From Paramecium tetraurelia (lineage: Eukaryota): a stretch of DNA of 64,000 nt. The first letter of the stretch is position 1, and every line of letters starts with the position of its first letter. The stretch lies in the NCBI GenBank assembly GCA_000165425.1, contig CT868541.1, forward strand, positions 102,096-166,095. Direction: 5' to 3'. The notes beneath the pieces were generated by a model that did not search any database, was not told the DNA's origin, and was given only the letters and a program-made list of their open reading frames with translations. Below are positions 1 to 14,174 of the stretch, piece after piece. A program made the translations under genes and the position numbers.

Positions 1-1606
1 ACGAGTACTCAAATACAATTTGAATTCGAATCCAAAGAGTGAATAGATGTAACTTAAGAAATCAAGACAACTCTTGATTTCTTCTTAGATTTGATCCATT
101 CTACAGAAGATATGTGCATCATCCTATTAGAAACGACGAACTCTGGTCAATCCACTCAAAGCACCATGTACTTCATTTCTGTGTAAGACACCAAAATCAG
201 CAAATCTAACTGGTAAATCTCTGTAACTGTGTTGGATCATATCAAACATAAGACAATGTCCTGGACAATTCATGGGTTTTAATCCATATTCTCCCTCTTC
301 ACCCATGTTGATGAAGAACAAGTTTTCCTTATACTTATCATAATGCCCACTTATCTTCCAGAGTTAAGCATTGAAGATGTTTGGTGAAATAACTTCTTAA
401 TAGCCTCTGATATAGTATTGTCTTCTTAAAAAGTTCATTAGAGTGTTGTAAATATGAGCACCACTTGGATAGAAGAAAGCTGATCCAGGAGACAATTGAT
501 GGAACAGATACAAATTCTGTTTCTTACCTACATTTCTGTGATCTCTTAAGGCTAATTCCTTTTATATTTTGACATATTCATCCAACAATTTCTTACTTGG
601 GAATGAAACACCATAAACTCTTTACAAATCATCATTGGTGTTCTTACCTAACCAATAAGCAGCTGAGTTCTTGGTCACTTAAAATGCCTTAACATAGCTA
701 GTATTAGGCAAATGTGGACCAGTACATAAGTCAATCAAATTACCACATTTGTAAGCAGTAGTCATAGCTCCTTCTGGAATCTTATTGGTTATCAATTGTC
801 TCTTGAATGGATTAGTACCAAACAATTCCAAGCTAGAATATAATAATAATCATCGATACCATTCATCTTTGGTTAAGACTGCTCTTTGAAATTCTTATTT
901 GGATGCTGCTAAATCTGAAGCAGCCTTCTCAATTTTGACGTAATCATTTTGAGTGACCTTGTAATCTCCGATGTAGCAATCATAAAAGAATCCACCATCA
1001 ATTGCTGGACCAATGCACAAATGACATCCATATACTTCTTCCAAGGCTGATCCCAAAATGTGGGAAGATGAATGCCAAAATACTTCCTTTCCATTATTAT
1101 CATCGAAACTCAACAATTCCAATTGGCAATCTCCTTCCAATGGTCTAGTCAAATCCCAAATCAAGTAATCTGGCTTCAAATTCAATGTAGATGCTTATTG
1201 TTGTTAATCCTCATGATCTACATCCACGAAATCTATAGATGTTATAATATATTTATACTTTTCTCAAATATGTTGTCGTACACAACTTTAGCAGCCACCA
1301 TGTTTTCAGCCAACTTCTTACTGATTCCTAAGGCGATCATCAATGGAGTGGTAACCCACTTTTTACCTAAAATCATAAACTATACAACAAACCTTCTATC
1401 TTCTTTCCATCCTTGAGAGTAATAGTAATTGGGGTCTTCTCTTTAGCCTCAAGTTCTGCCTTTTGACGTTGATATATTTCATTAAACAATTTCAATCTCT
1501 TTTCTTAGTAAACAGGTTTTCCAATTTTAAAGGGTCCTCCGATCTTGTTTCCAGCTTAAACAATTTAACCTTCAGTAGCTTCTTTCAATCTCTATCCTTA
1601 TTGCAT
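1..1606 (-). CDS. TARS: Threonyl-tRNA synthetase, cytosolic type (3' part runs off the window start)
   Basis: ATG at 1606. TGS region ([11 protein letters not shown]), editing-domain motif [30 protein letters not shown] and core [26 protein letters not shown]. Several ~26-nt introns. Confidence 0.97.
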
Positions 1607-2378
1607 AATTAATTTAATTTATTTAAAATTTTGCTCAAATCATTGTATTCATACACTTGTAAAATTCTTTTTAATAAGTATTAAAATTAGAACTAATAAT
1701 TAAATTCCAACATCAATTAATGATAATTTATTAAATTCCTGAACGCTATTGCATTACTCTACAATCCTACACCATAAAGACTCTAAAACCATATTATAGA
1801 GTTGAATATCCTTTGATTGATTCCAAATGTTCAAAATATTCATTCAAAATTGAACCATATCATTAAAACTATTTAAATGCTTAAATCATTAATATTAAAT
1901 CTTAAATAATTATAAATGAAGCTATCTAATTTAAAAATAGAAAGTAATGATACTAGAGTGAATATCAGTTATTTAATAAATATTTTTTGATCATCATTTT
2001 GATGATGATATTAAGGATGCATTTAATTTACAATAATTATTAGCATCATTGATAGTGTTTCAAATTTGAAATCCTTAAATACTTAAATTTGTTTATAGAT
2101 TTCAGTATTTATTTATGTTAAATAAAAAATTATGTTTAGTCAGAATTATCAAATTGAATTTCGGCATATTTTAATGATTGATCACAAGTGTTGGAGAGTT
2201 TTCTCAAAATTTAGTTTAATTTGTCTTTAGAACTTAAATTTTCTCTTTTCAATATGTAAAAATTGTGACCAGTACTGAATCTATAATTGGTTTGTATTTT
2301 TTTTAAACAACCTTAATAAATATGCTGAAGTACAAATAAAGAATAAATTATTTATTATTGAAAACTTTAAAGGAATTG

Positions 2379-2912
2379 ATGTCTTTTAGAAAAACAACTT
2401 TCTCTTAATATTCTACTAATGTCTTGAAGCTTGACAATGAGCAAGATTATTCATCTGCCAAAACTGTTAAGAAATCCAATTATACCATAACAACAGACTA
2501 TAACTCTCTTTAGAGCAATCTAGATAGTCTCGACAACCTGCTAGACTAATAATCTTCTAAGAAATCACGCTTCTTTTTTAGCTAAAAAATAGATAGTGAA
2601 GAGAGTGCCCGATATATAAAGACTGATAGTGATTTGTAATAGAAGGAAGTAAAAGAAGTACGACCTTTTCGGTTTAGGAGAAAAGAGACCCAACCAAAAA
2701 TAGATTTAAATGATAAGAGTGATGTGGACGACTTTTTCACTGGGGTAGAAATACCAAGAATAAGTTAATAAGCCTAAAAATAAAATGCATATCAATTAGT
2801 GAGCTTCACTGATTATGTTGAAAATCTTTATGGAAAAGATTGGTTTTAATAAAGAGAGAGGAAATTTAAGAGATAAATCACAGTTTAAGACTTCTTTGAT
2901 ACACCCTGTTGA
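2379..2912 (+). CDS. Hypothetical protein (177 aa, intronless)
   Basis: ATG..TGA ORF of 178 codons in the ciliate code, with coding-like composition between AT-rich spacers. Confidence 0.7.
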
Positions 2913-2933
2913 CTTTAATTTATTAATTAAAAA

Positions 2934-4985
2934 ATGTAATTTATTCCATTCTCACCCTTGATTGATATTGGATTTTGGTCCTAATTATCAAAAAATAAGA
3001 TTGAGATTTACAAATTGGATGACGGCGAAAGATCTTTGCTAGTGAAGACAAAGATAAATCCATACCCTGAAAAAACTTCATAATTATATTTGGATATATA
3101 TTCATTCCAAGACGAGATTACCATCAATAAATCTGGTCCTTTTGAAGTGTATTCAAGAATTTAATTCTAAAACTACAATACAATTGAGGCCTATTAAGAA
3201 TTCGATCATTTGAATTATGTGCAATAAACCTTTAAAAAGATGATTGAGTCATTTTCCAAGGAAGAGAAGCCGAATCTCTTTCCAGCAAGAATGAGCATCT
3301 TTGCTGATCTAAAGAAATATTTGTTCTATTTTAAACTGGTTGTTCCCCAATTTTAAGTTGAAAACATATAGAATATCATTTAGAAAAATCTTACTGATTA
3401 TTTAGGTGATCAAATGCCCTAATTTTAATAGTAATTATCCCTCATAATCCAACAATAACAAAAAGAGATATCAAATACTTCATTTGTCGTTCTAAGGAAG
3501 GACAATTTGTAATATGTACAATTCGAAGACTATTACAAAAATAAATCAGAGGTTGTATTCTTGTATTTCGATTCCTTCAATTAAGCACAGATAAATGGTC
3601 AATTTAATAACTTTATAGCTTTCTTGTTGACAAATAACTCTTTTAAAGATCAACTCAATAATGTTAAAATAATAGTAATAAAGGATGCTTTGACAATCAA
3701 TAAGAACCAATTTTAATTCAAGAATTCCATTTATGTTGAATTAAACTTATCTGAATCTAAAATAACTGAATTAAATGGACAGTATAAAGCTTTCAATATT
3801 GAAGGTTATCTTTAAGAAAAGAGAATAGATTTAAAATCATTTATGGATGAATAATCGTATTTAATATTTCTAATTATAATTTAGACTAGCCAAAGAGGCT
3901 GTAGATTTGAATATCAAATTAATGAAGTGGAGATTGTTGCCTGACTTGGATTTAGATAAAGTTTAGACACAGAAGGTGTTGTTAATAGGAGCAGGAACTT
4001 TGGGTTGTCAACTAGCAAGAAATCTCATTGGTTGGGGAATAAGAAAAATAACATTTGTAGATTATGGGAAGATCTCTTATAGTAATCCAGTTAGACAAAG
4101 TTTATACGATTTTGAGGATTCAACAAAGGGAGGAAGACCAAAGGCTGAGGTGGCTGCAGAAAAATTAAAGAAGATCTTTCCTGATATAGAGAGTGAAGGA
4201 TATTAACTTCAGATTCCTATGCCTGGTCATTTTGTCACAGAATTATAAGTTTAATAGACCTTGGAATCATTTTACAAGTTAAGTGAATTAGTAAGCACTC
4301 ATGATGCTGTGTTTTTGTTGACTGATTCAAGAGAATCCAGATGGTTGCCCACCGTATTGAGTAATGCATATGGAAAGATGTGTTTTTCTGTGGCTTTAGG
4401 ATTTGATTCATTTTTGATTATCAGACATGGTATTTCATTGAAAAAATACAATCCTGAAATCCATGGGGAAAGATTAGCATGCTACTTTTGCAATGATATC
4501 TCATCTCCTGGAAATTCAATGAAGGATAGAACTTTAGATCAATAATGTACAGTTACTCGTCCAGGTTTATCCTTCTTGGCTTCAGCTTATTCATCTGAAT
4601 TATTTGTCAGCTTAATCCATAGTCCATTATTGGATGGAACTCCAGCATCTGACAATCCAGACCAATTGTAATAGACTGATTTGGGGATATTGCCACATTT
4701 CTTGAGAGGTTAGTTATCAGACTTTGAAGTTAGAATATTTTATGGAAGAGCATTTAAACAGTATTGTCCATCTTGTATTTTAGTTGCGTGGCATGTTCTT
4801 AACAGATTTTAGATGCTTTGGAGAAGAATCCTTAGGCATTTTTATTGGAGGCTTTGAATAGACCTGATATTCTATAGGATATTTCAGGTATAACCGAGGA
4901 GTTGACTTAGAACAAATAAGAGATTCATGAAATCTAAGATATAGACGGAGATGACGAATGCTCTGTGTTATAGATAGTTTCATGA
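2934..4985 (+). CDS. ATG7: Autophagy E1-like enzyme ATG7
   Basis: N-terminus [59 protein letters not shown] and catalytic DRTLDQQCTVTRPG. Two tiny introns. Confidence 0.96.
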
Positions 4986-5113
4986 AATTTAAGATATAAA
5001 TATATACATTTATGAGACAATTTTAAATAAAACTCTTTGAAAATGTTTTTGTTTTAATTCAAAAGATGTAATTATATAAATTCAGGTTCTGTTTAATTTA
5101 AACAATAAAAAAA

Positions 5114-6466
5114 ATGAGTTAAGGAATGAATAATAATTCTCTATTCCCACTAGTAAGCAGTGCTTAAGATTTGGAATTCTACCAAATGCTTATCAAGTAT
5201 GACATCAATCCTATTTATATACATGCTATATTTTACTGATATCCCTATATATTTTTGATGTGCTTATCATTATTTTAGCTTACAGCAACATCAATTGAAT
5301 AAAGGATTTTAAAATCCCGAATAATTATAGCTCTTTTCAACACCACTCCTGCCTAACCTACCTCAAAGTTTGAACTTAAACAATCCGTCGAAGGATGTCT
5401 TCCCGACTCCTAATTTGCTGAGTAAGCTATTATTTATATCCCTGCCCCTTTCATTTATATAACCTATATACTGATTGCTTTGCCATTTATTGTGTAGATA
5501 TGACCTCTCTTGCCAAAACTATGGAACTGATACAATGCTTTTCTAATCCAGCTCACTTCTCCCAATAACCCAATTTCTTAAACCCTTATCCTCTATAATA
5601 GATAAATTTCAACTAAAAATAAAAAAATAGCGCCGATAATCCAATTACAGTTGACGATGATGAACCTGTACAACAACAAAAAAAATGTCATAATCCACTT
5701 TGCAAGAATGTGGGAGACAAAAAGGCCAAGTCCAAAAAGAATGACATCTTATTCTTTTGTGACAAATGTTCCAAATTGTATAATAAAGGAAATTTTTGCG
5801 ACTTTTGTGAATAAGTACCAATTATTCAACTATCATACAGGTCTATGGATCCTATGACGATGAGGCAGTCTGGGTGTAATGTGATTCCTGTCAAAAATGG
5901 GTAACAATTATTTCATTTCATTACATTAGAATCACATCGTATGCGAATAAAAAAACAGAAATTAAAATATTCAAATAGAATTTGAAACCAGTCAATATCA
6001 CTGTTTGACTTGTTCCAAAAATGTTAAGAAACCAAAAGTTCCTAAAAAAGTTGAAGAACCTTCGGTCATCAAATAACGACCAATAATAGAATAAGAAGAT
6101 TGCAGAAACAGAGAAAAGAACATTACCTTTGTAGCAACCAAAGATAATAAAATTTAATACAGTATTCTCAAGGAATTTATATTCTAGCTTTTCGATTCAA
6201 TTTAATGGAAGATGAAATCAAACAAGATTTGGATTCATTAAGAAATTCAACTAAAAAAAAATAAAAAACTTAACAATCCTCTCCTCCGAAAATCTAACAA
6301 GTCGTTCCCACTTAATAAACTACTCAGCCTCCAAAGCAATAAACCTAACAGGAAGTATATATATATATCCTACTTTAAGACTTAGGATTCCTCATTCGCC
6401 AATAGAAACTTAAGAAGAAGAATTAATTAAAAAATAAACTATAGAGATTTGATTGGGGAGTATTGA
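5114..6466 (+). CDS. PHD-finger protein with low-complexity N-terminus
   Basis: After splicing: CDKC..FCDFCEQVY..WVQCDSCQKWNHIVC..YHCLTC (C4HC3 PHD). Needs two long introns (5197-5278, 5422-5497) plus four tiny ones. Confidence 0.85.
5197..5278 (+). other. Unusually long (82 nt) GT-AG intron
   Basis: GTATGA...TTTTAG with no internal AG. Contains an in-frame TGA, and removal restores the frame. Confidence 0.7.
5422..5497 (+). other. Unusually long (76 nt) GT-AG intron
   Basis: GTAAGC...GTGTAG. Contains an in-frame TGA, and removal restores the frame into the PHD exons. Confidence 0.7.
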
Positions 6467-6523
6467 AATTTATAATATTCCAAGCATTATTAATATTAAT
6501 CTAATTTAAATATAAAATATTAT

Positions 6524-8150
6524 ATGCTTAAATTATAGGAGAAGCGAAAACTTATGGAAATATTAAATAACCCAATTTCTTAAATTAATAGGCAATCAAA
6601 ATGCAAGACACAATCTAATCCCTAACCTATTGAACAGCTAATCTTTAATCGAAGTCTATTACGAGTCTATGGATATTAAAAATGCTAAACTTAATCGAGG
6701 AATAGGAAAAGATTCAATCTGAAATAATTATAAATGACGCAGGTTAATGAGAGCAACTAATAAGTAGGAGAAATGCTGAAAAGAGATTATTCAACCAAAT
6801 CAAATGACGAAAAATAAACCTCATTTAAAAAGGAACAGTTAGAAAAAAGATGCAATACTACTGCAAATAACAGATTCCAGTAATTGAATGTCATCATAAA
6901 AGGAAGGAGAGACACCAACATATCAAGAGTTGTTGAGGATCAGAATGATAGTCAAAAGTAAAGATATTAGATGTTACATCTTAATTTCATTAAGACTTAA
7001 AAATAATATTAGAATATATATGGAATACCTATATCTGAATTTCTATTAGAGCATAGGTTTTTGACTCTAATTCATTAATAGATATTGATCATTTTATTGA
7101 TGATCTTTTAAATAGATTGCACTAATATGTACGAGGTAATAACTTATAAATAATATAAACTCTTTAAATAAGTTATAATTTGGAAGGATCTATCTATTAT
7201 TGAATTAGTTGATAAAGTTTTATCTATTTTTGAGAATGCTTCTGGAGGTGACTTGCTTAATATTATTCATTTAATACTTTAAATATAACCCTATAAATAT
7301 CATGGTAAATAAAAATAAACCAGAGATATGCATTTATTAAATAAAACTGTTTAAGATTTAGAATTTAAATTAATAGAACATGTTTTACAATAAGGAAATT
7401 TAAATATTCAAATTGATATAACTAAATTTAAAAAACTATTTTATAATTAAATTATTAATATTAATACATTTATTGACTTATTATCTGGATTATTTTGATT
7501 AATATGTACATTTAAACTACTAACTACAATAGAATATTAATTATTATTACAATCTTATCAATAGAAAGTTTCATAAAAAATTTGTTAGAATTTTCATATT
7601 AATATTCGTTCTCATATATTTTTATCTAATCCTTTTATTATGAAGATTTCTAAATTAAAAGATTATAAATAGATACACTTCTAATCTAATTAGGTTGATT
7701 TATTTAATGATTTTGTTATTATATTTTTAAATGATGAATTTACCATTAAAATTAGTACATCATAGTTCTTTATGCTACCTAGACAAAAATACTCAAATTT
7801 ATTAACGATATTTTATTCTTGTCAAACATCTTGAGGAATGGTTCTTTAATCAAGCAGCATTTTAAAAAAAATAGATTTATCAAAAATTAAGTTAAATTCT
7901 GAACTACTTTATTATATTTTGTAATTCTTAATATTTCTCATGGAAATTCCTTTGTGTTTTTTCTTACTGAGTATTGTATTTATGATGCCAAAGATAATAC
8001 AGAATAAGGTCTATTTTATCCAGGATTAATAATAATCAATTAATTAATTAATTTAATCATAGGAAATGGGCTGAGTTTTTGTTTTCTTAATTTTATCATC
8101 ATCCCTGGATACATCATCTTATCAGATTGTTAGGTGAGTTGCGAAACAGT
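6524..8150 (+). pseudogene. Degenerate protein-kinase-like sequence (probable pseudogene)
   Basis: TGA-free frame 6524-7498 holds eroded kinase-like motifs: FENASGGDLLN, H-x5-RDM and FKLIE where IKLIDFG would be expected. An isolated HHPWI lies at ~8097-8111. Confidence 0.4.
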
Positions 8151-8220
8151 TTATATTTTTCTCAATTTTTAATATTTATTAAGAAAATAAATTTAAAGAA
8201 TATAAAAATAGATAAAGCTG

Positions 8221-9446
8221 ATGACTGATGACTTAAAGGAGACATTTGATGGGTATTTAAATTTTGATTTTTCGAATTTTCATAATATGATGGCTGAAGC
8301 CTTTGTTAATGAGAATGATGACCCGGCAGAAGAAATTCAAGCCGATTGTGTAAAGTAAAAGATTAAAGGAATTCCTGGTCCATATTTTCGAACACCTCAG
8401 ATTGAATTTGAGAGTACGAGATGTTAATGACAAAATTAGATTAGGGTGATTAGGCAGAACATATATATTACGATCAAGACTCAGAAAACATCTCCAATTA
8501 TTCGAAATTTAATTTGCTGGCAAATTTAGATTTTGAATTAGAAGAAGAGGAAGAAATATAGATGAGGAAAAGTTCGAAATGTACAAAGAAAATATCTCTA
8601 TTTTCTCCATCAATACACTTTGAAGATGATTAAAAAATTACAATGATCAATGTATAAAATATAGACATTTTAAAAGAGGATTATGATTTAGATGATTTTT
8701 ATAAGTTCTTAACCACTTTAGATTTCTTAAACGTATAAAATAATTAAAGAAACGATGAATAAGACTAATAATAATAATCAATATAAGTATTAATGTAAAT
8801 ACGATAATAATTTGAGAGTTTGATTGAAATGTTCATTAAAAAGACTCTAAAGTATCAATCTATAAGCTTTAATTCAAAATTAAATCAATATCAATCAATT
8901 TTGGAATAGTTCATCTCTAAAATAAATTGTATAATTGATTCAAGAGACAGAATCAATAATACAAATTAGATGATTACAGTAGAATTCTTTAAAGGACTTC
9001 AATTGATGGAATTATTTAAAGAATTGCTGATGTAAAAGTTCTTTGTTGAATAGTAAAAAAAGATGGCTTAGGCAAAAAAAGTACTCAAATCTCATTGGAT
9101 AACAAAATACTTTTTGCTAAAATCAAAAGGATGTTATGTAACAATGTTCAAGAGAGACAAGGAATAGAGGTAATCTATTACCATGGTTCCTCAGCAAATT
9201 GATTGGGGTAAATTAGAATTACAAGAAACCACTTATCTATGTAGGAATAAAGTATCAAACAGACCAATTTTCATAGGATTAAATGAATATTTTAAATAGG
9301 CATCGGAAAATAAGCTGACTGAAATTTGCCTACGAGATTAGAAGGTGTGCATGTTTTAAGGAGTAAAAAAGAGAACTCAACAAACTCATTAAAAATACCA
9401 TGAATTTAGATCAGAAGATGATTATTTTTACTAACAAAAGTTATGA
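8221..9446 (+). CDS. Hypothetical protein
   Basis: Long ciliate-code frame from ATG 8221 with tiny introns. The frame near 9030-9200 was not fully resolved. Confidence 0.55.
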
Positions 9447-9487
9447 ATAGAAATATAAATATATATATATATGATGTTTTAAGGAAT

Positions 9488-10231
9488 TCAACAACATGAC
9501 TTTCTATCATTCTTTTCCTAATCTTAGCCTTAGGTATTATCTATTTTTATATTGCTTGCTTTATGAATATACGAAATGTAATACGTTAATTAGCTTGGTT
9601 AACGACAGAATTAACCATTTAGGATGTTTCAGTACCTGGAAGTGTGGCTGCTATTTATTTAAACAGTAACTCAACATTGCTTCCAGATTTTGCACTAACT
9701 TCAATAAAATGGGCATCTTGTTCCTTAGCTAAAGCAGCACCTTACTCTGTGGATACAACTCTTACCATTATTATACAAATCATTACCTATTTTCAAGATC
9801 AATTTTATTGGCCACTAAAAAGATTATTACATCATTGCCTCTTTCTAGACGCACATCTTCAATCCATTTTGCAACACTATCAAATGATTATTTCACTTTG
9901 TATTATCAGATATTACCCTCAACATCATAACAAACTACAGCGACCGCACTATCTCTAATATAGCTTGGAATTAGGGATCTGAATCTCTCTTAACCTGCAG
10001 TATCCCACAATTAAAGTCGAATGGTTCTATCCTCATAGTAGAGGGTCTTGGAAATAAAATCAATGCCGACTGTAGGCTTGAATATTCAAACTGTATTACA
10101 TGATCTTTGCCATCAAATGTGTCAAACATAAAACGATTGATTATCGAAGTTTTCCCGACAGACTAATCTCCGAGGAATACTAATTTATATTTAGATAATG
10201 GAGCCACCATTGATCCTTTAGTATCAGTCAT
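9488..10231 (-). CDS. RAB6: Rab6-family small GTPase
   Basis: [52 protein letters not shown], and a C-terminal CC prenylation motif. Confidence 0.93.
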
Positions 10232-10421
10232 TCTAATATAATAATTATTTAAATTAAGTAATAACTCAAAAATTTATACAACTATATTACTATAAATCTA
10301 TTTGTTTAATTTTCCCATTTATTTAGTGATAAGGCCAGGATGATATCCCCCTTGGTTTTGATATCAAACAAATTGATTAAAAAATATAGATAATTACACA
10401 AATTGTAATAAAATAATATGT

Positions 10422-12017
10422 TCATTTCTTTTTCCAATCATGCTCCTCTTTAAAGAATATTCCCAATATGAAGGCAACACAACAAAATCCAAAGACAATC
10501 CAAAAGACTCCACCATAACCTATCTTTGGTTCTCCAAATTTGTACAATAAGTATCCTAACATATTGGACAAACCAATAACAAAGAATAATCCACCATAGA
10601 TGATGGGTCCCACCTTAAATAATATAAGTGAGTTTCATACCTTATGACCGAATATCTTTGCACTTACAGCAGGATAACAAGAGAATAATCCTCCTTCACA
10701 ACACATTGTGATACATAAAATAATGAAATAGCCAGCATAACTACCGTCGATATATCCAATAGCAGCAGTACAAATTAAGTTGATCACTGCGATGATCAAA
10801 TACACCTTTTTGAAACCAATTTTATCAAACAACACTGCCCATCCGAATCTTGAACCTCCATTACAGACTGATTAGACTGAACCAAGTACTGTTAATGATG
10901 CATCATCAATTCCGAGCTAATAAAATATAATCGATTAATACTGTTTATCCAAATACTTTATAACAATTAGCCATTAACATTCCAAAAATGATAGAACACA
11001 AAACCATCACTATCAAAAACAAAAATGGCCTTGATTTCATACCTTATCCTAGAGTTTCACATTCGGCATGCATAACTGTTGGGTGATAATCAACGGATTT
11101 TTCATGATTGATACCACTCGGCTTCTTACTTCCTTCGCCTAATACTTGTTAATATTCCAAATTCAAATCTCTGGGATATTTCACCAATAAAGTTGCAATG
11201 ATGGTTAGAAGGAAATATGATCTAATATGTATGAATAATTTATTTACAAAGCCAACATCTAGAACATAAAAGGAACATTTTAAAAAACATCCTTTGAAAA
11301 ATATTTTTTCACTTTCCCATCTTCTTCAAAAGGAATATCTGGTTCCTCGTTATTGGGATTGCAAATAGCCTTGCATATGAAGTTGAAAGTAAATGCTCCG
11401 AATCCATAGCCAGCAATAATTAGACCTGAAACCATTCCTCTATTGAAGGGGAAGTATTTCCATCCACAAACTAATTTATATTATATAATATATTACTGAT
11501 TGGCAACATGTAAACCAATCCTGAGGGTATGCCTATCATAAAACAATATATCAAGATGAATCCATAAATGTTATTGATGAAGGACAGTATTAAAAATGCT
11601 AGGGAAATCAGGAATCCAGCTCCTGCTATCATAGTTTTAAATCCTATTCTTTGTGCCAACTTAACTCCAAAGGAGAGAACAGAATTTGTGGCAATTCCTA
11701 AAATTGGAAACACTATCTAAAGAGTCGATTATGTGACATCTGGATCCTTATCCTTCATGTAGGCACCAACGTAAGGACCTAGACATTAGTACAAATGAAT
11801 TACTTATGCCTCCCCATAGATAAAATGTACCAAGGACAAAGTGGAGAGCAATCCCACCAAGTAAGCAAACAACACCTTGGATTTTTATACTTCGGAGCTC
11901 CTTAGGTGAATACTCTTTGAAGTGATGTTCGTCTCCGTGTTCATCTGCTTAACTTTCATGATGATGTTTGTCCAATTCATGATCGCTTTACGCTACTGAT
12001 TAAGCAACAGGCTTCAT
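10422..12017 (-). CDS. MFS transporter, oxalate:formate antiporter-like
   Basis: Many TM helices, LGTFYLWGGI, WKYFPFNRGMVSGLIIAGYGFG, NGGSRFGWAVLFDKIGFK. His/acid-rich N-terminal tail. Confidence 0.9.
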
Positions 12018-14174
12018 TTATGAAGATATATTTATTATTTAATGTTCAAATCATTCATTAAGTATAAATATCTCTCAATTTCTCTCATTTAATTTTTGTA
12101 CATATCTTTATTTCCATTCCTAATTATTTTGTTCTTTTTCATATTCAACTCTTTTTTCAGTCTCCTCTTTAATTAAATACCACAACAACATAAATAAATT
12201 TAAACATCTGAATTCTAATGTGGAATTTTCATATCCAATCTTTCTCATTTCATTTTCAGAAAATTTCTGTTAATATTCAATTGATAACCCCTATTATTTC
12301 TTATATTATTAATAAATATATTAAAATATAAAAGAAAAGGAAATTGTAAGATCATATTGATATGATGCAAATATTCAGCTCTTAGGATATTATCAAAAAT
12401 CATAAGGATTGATAATTTAAAAGTAATTCTACTTTGTACTAGTAAAATAATAGGATAATGAGAAGATGATTAATTATCAATTGGGGAGTCTGCAAAATCA
12501 AAATTCCTGTACAATTTAAATATCTTTACATAGACCTAATAAAAATATCCTCAAAGGAGTTGTAATTACAAATAAAATACTTAACGTATGAAGATAATAT
12601 AAATATTAAAAATATTAATAAAGAATAATTTATTAAATATTATTAGTATTATGAAATTAAATCTTTGTTTAAGAGAAACTAAAAAAGGATGATTAAAAAC
12701 AGAAATATTTAATAAATGGAAAAATCAATAATCAATAATAGTTAATTTATTCAGAATAGGTAAATCATAATTGAATTGCTTCAAAATAAAAATTCACATA
12801 ATTTAAATTATATTATTAATCATATAAAATAATATATAATAAGAACTGCAAGTTTTTACTACTTTTAGAATATCTAATTTGCCATCAAGATATGTGGCTA
12901 ATTAATCTTATGTCTAATTTAGGTATTTATAAAATAGAAGGATCTTCAATTTCATTGGTAATCAAAAATTATAATGAAACTGATGTGTATTAATGTTTTA
13001 TTTAAGAAATATGTAAGACATCTTTATTCAATTTGCTATTTTACTATCCTATCGATCAAATTTGAGTTCTAGTAGGTATAATTCCTTTCATAATTTATTT
13101 CTCTGCTTAGAATCAGTATAGTAAATTTTTTTATTTCCAGTATTTATATGAAATCGATTAATAAGGAGTACTCAATTTTACTAAAGTAAAACGATGTAAT
13201 CCTAGTTATTATTAATGGACAAAGTTGTATAGAAATTCAAATATTAATTTTTAATAGATATCAACTTGATTATAAGCATGCATTTTTTTATCAATATTCG
13301 AATATTTTATGATACTTTAAGATTACTCATAAAGAACACGTGTGGAATAAGTCTTTAGAGTTCAGAGATATCCATTCAAAATATGTGTAATTGTCTACAT
13401 TAAAATATATAATCTATCTATAGAAATTTATTATATATAAAATAAATCCTTTATATAATTTTTAATGAAATAGCAATGAATATTTATCGTGTTTTTAAAC
13501 AAATCTTTTATGTCTAGATGATCAGAATATTAAAATTGATTCATCACCTTATGAAAGGTGGTCTATTCTAAATATTGTTGAAATTGCTGGAACATAATTT
13601 AACATAAGGATATCATTTTTATTAAAAATAATTATTGCATTTATATAAGAACTTTTTTTTTCTGAAATTGATATGACAATGAAATATACAAAAGCGGAGA
13701 GGAAATTAAGACTTATCAAGTGCCTTACCACCTTTATTGTCTTAACCTCAAGTATACATGCAGTTTAAAATTATTAAATTTGATTGCAACTCGTTAATTA
13801 ATTCAATGTAATCATTGTTGTAGGTATCAACTGTGGCAATAAAATGATATAACAACACTTTCTTTTCTCTAGGAGAGACTTTAAATTTTGTCAGTGTTTA
13901 ATAAGTATATACTTATTGAGTAAATTTGATAATTTAAAAAAAGGAGAAGTTTTAGAATGGATGATTTGGAATAAATGGTAAAATATATTTATGAGCTATT
14001 GTAATCGCTTGAGGAAGGATTTCCTTGTAATAAATGAGTTAATTAATGAGATTCTTAGAATATAAAGATACAGATATTTTCAAATTATATTATTGATGAT
14101 AATTAATGTATAACTGTTTCATATTCTTATGATTCGAAATAAAAAGATTATTATAATAATAATAATAATAATCA

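Noticed and set aside
25..33. tRNA T-loop-like TTCGAATCC
   Set aside because: It lies inside ThrRS coding sequence with no cloverleaf.
5197..5497. Box C/D snoRNAs inside the long introns
   Set aside because: CTGA is present, but there is no clean 5' RTGATGA box or terminal stem, so none was called.
8766..8777. TAA/AAT microsatellite-like runs here and elsewhere
   Set aside because: They are poly-Gln codons or ordinary AT-rich spacer, not a repeat element.
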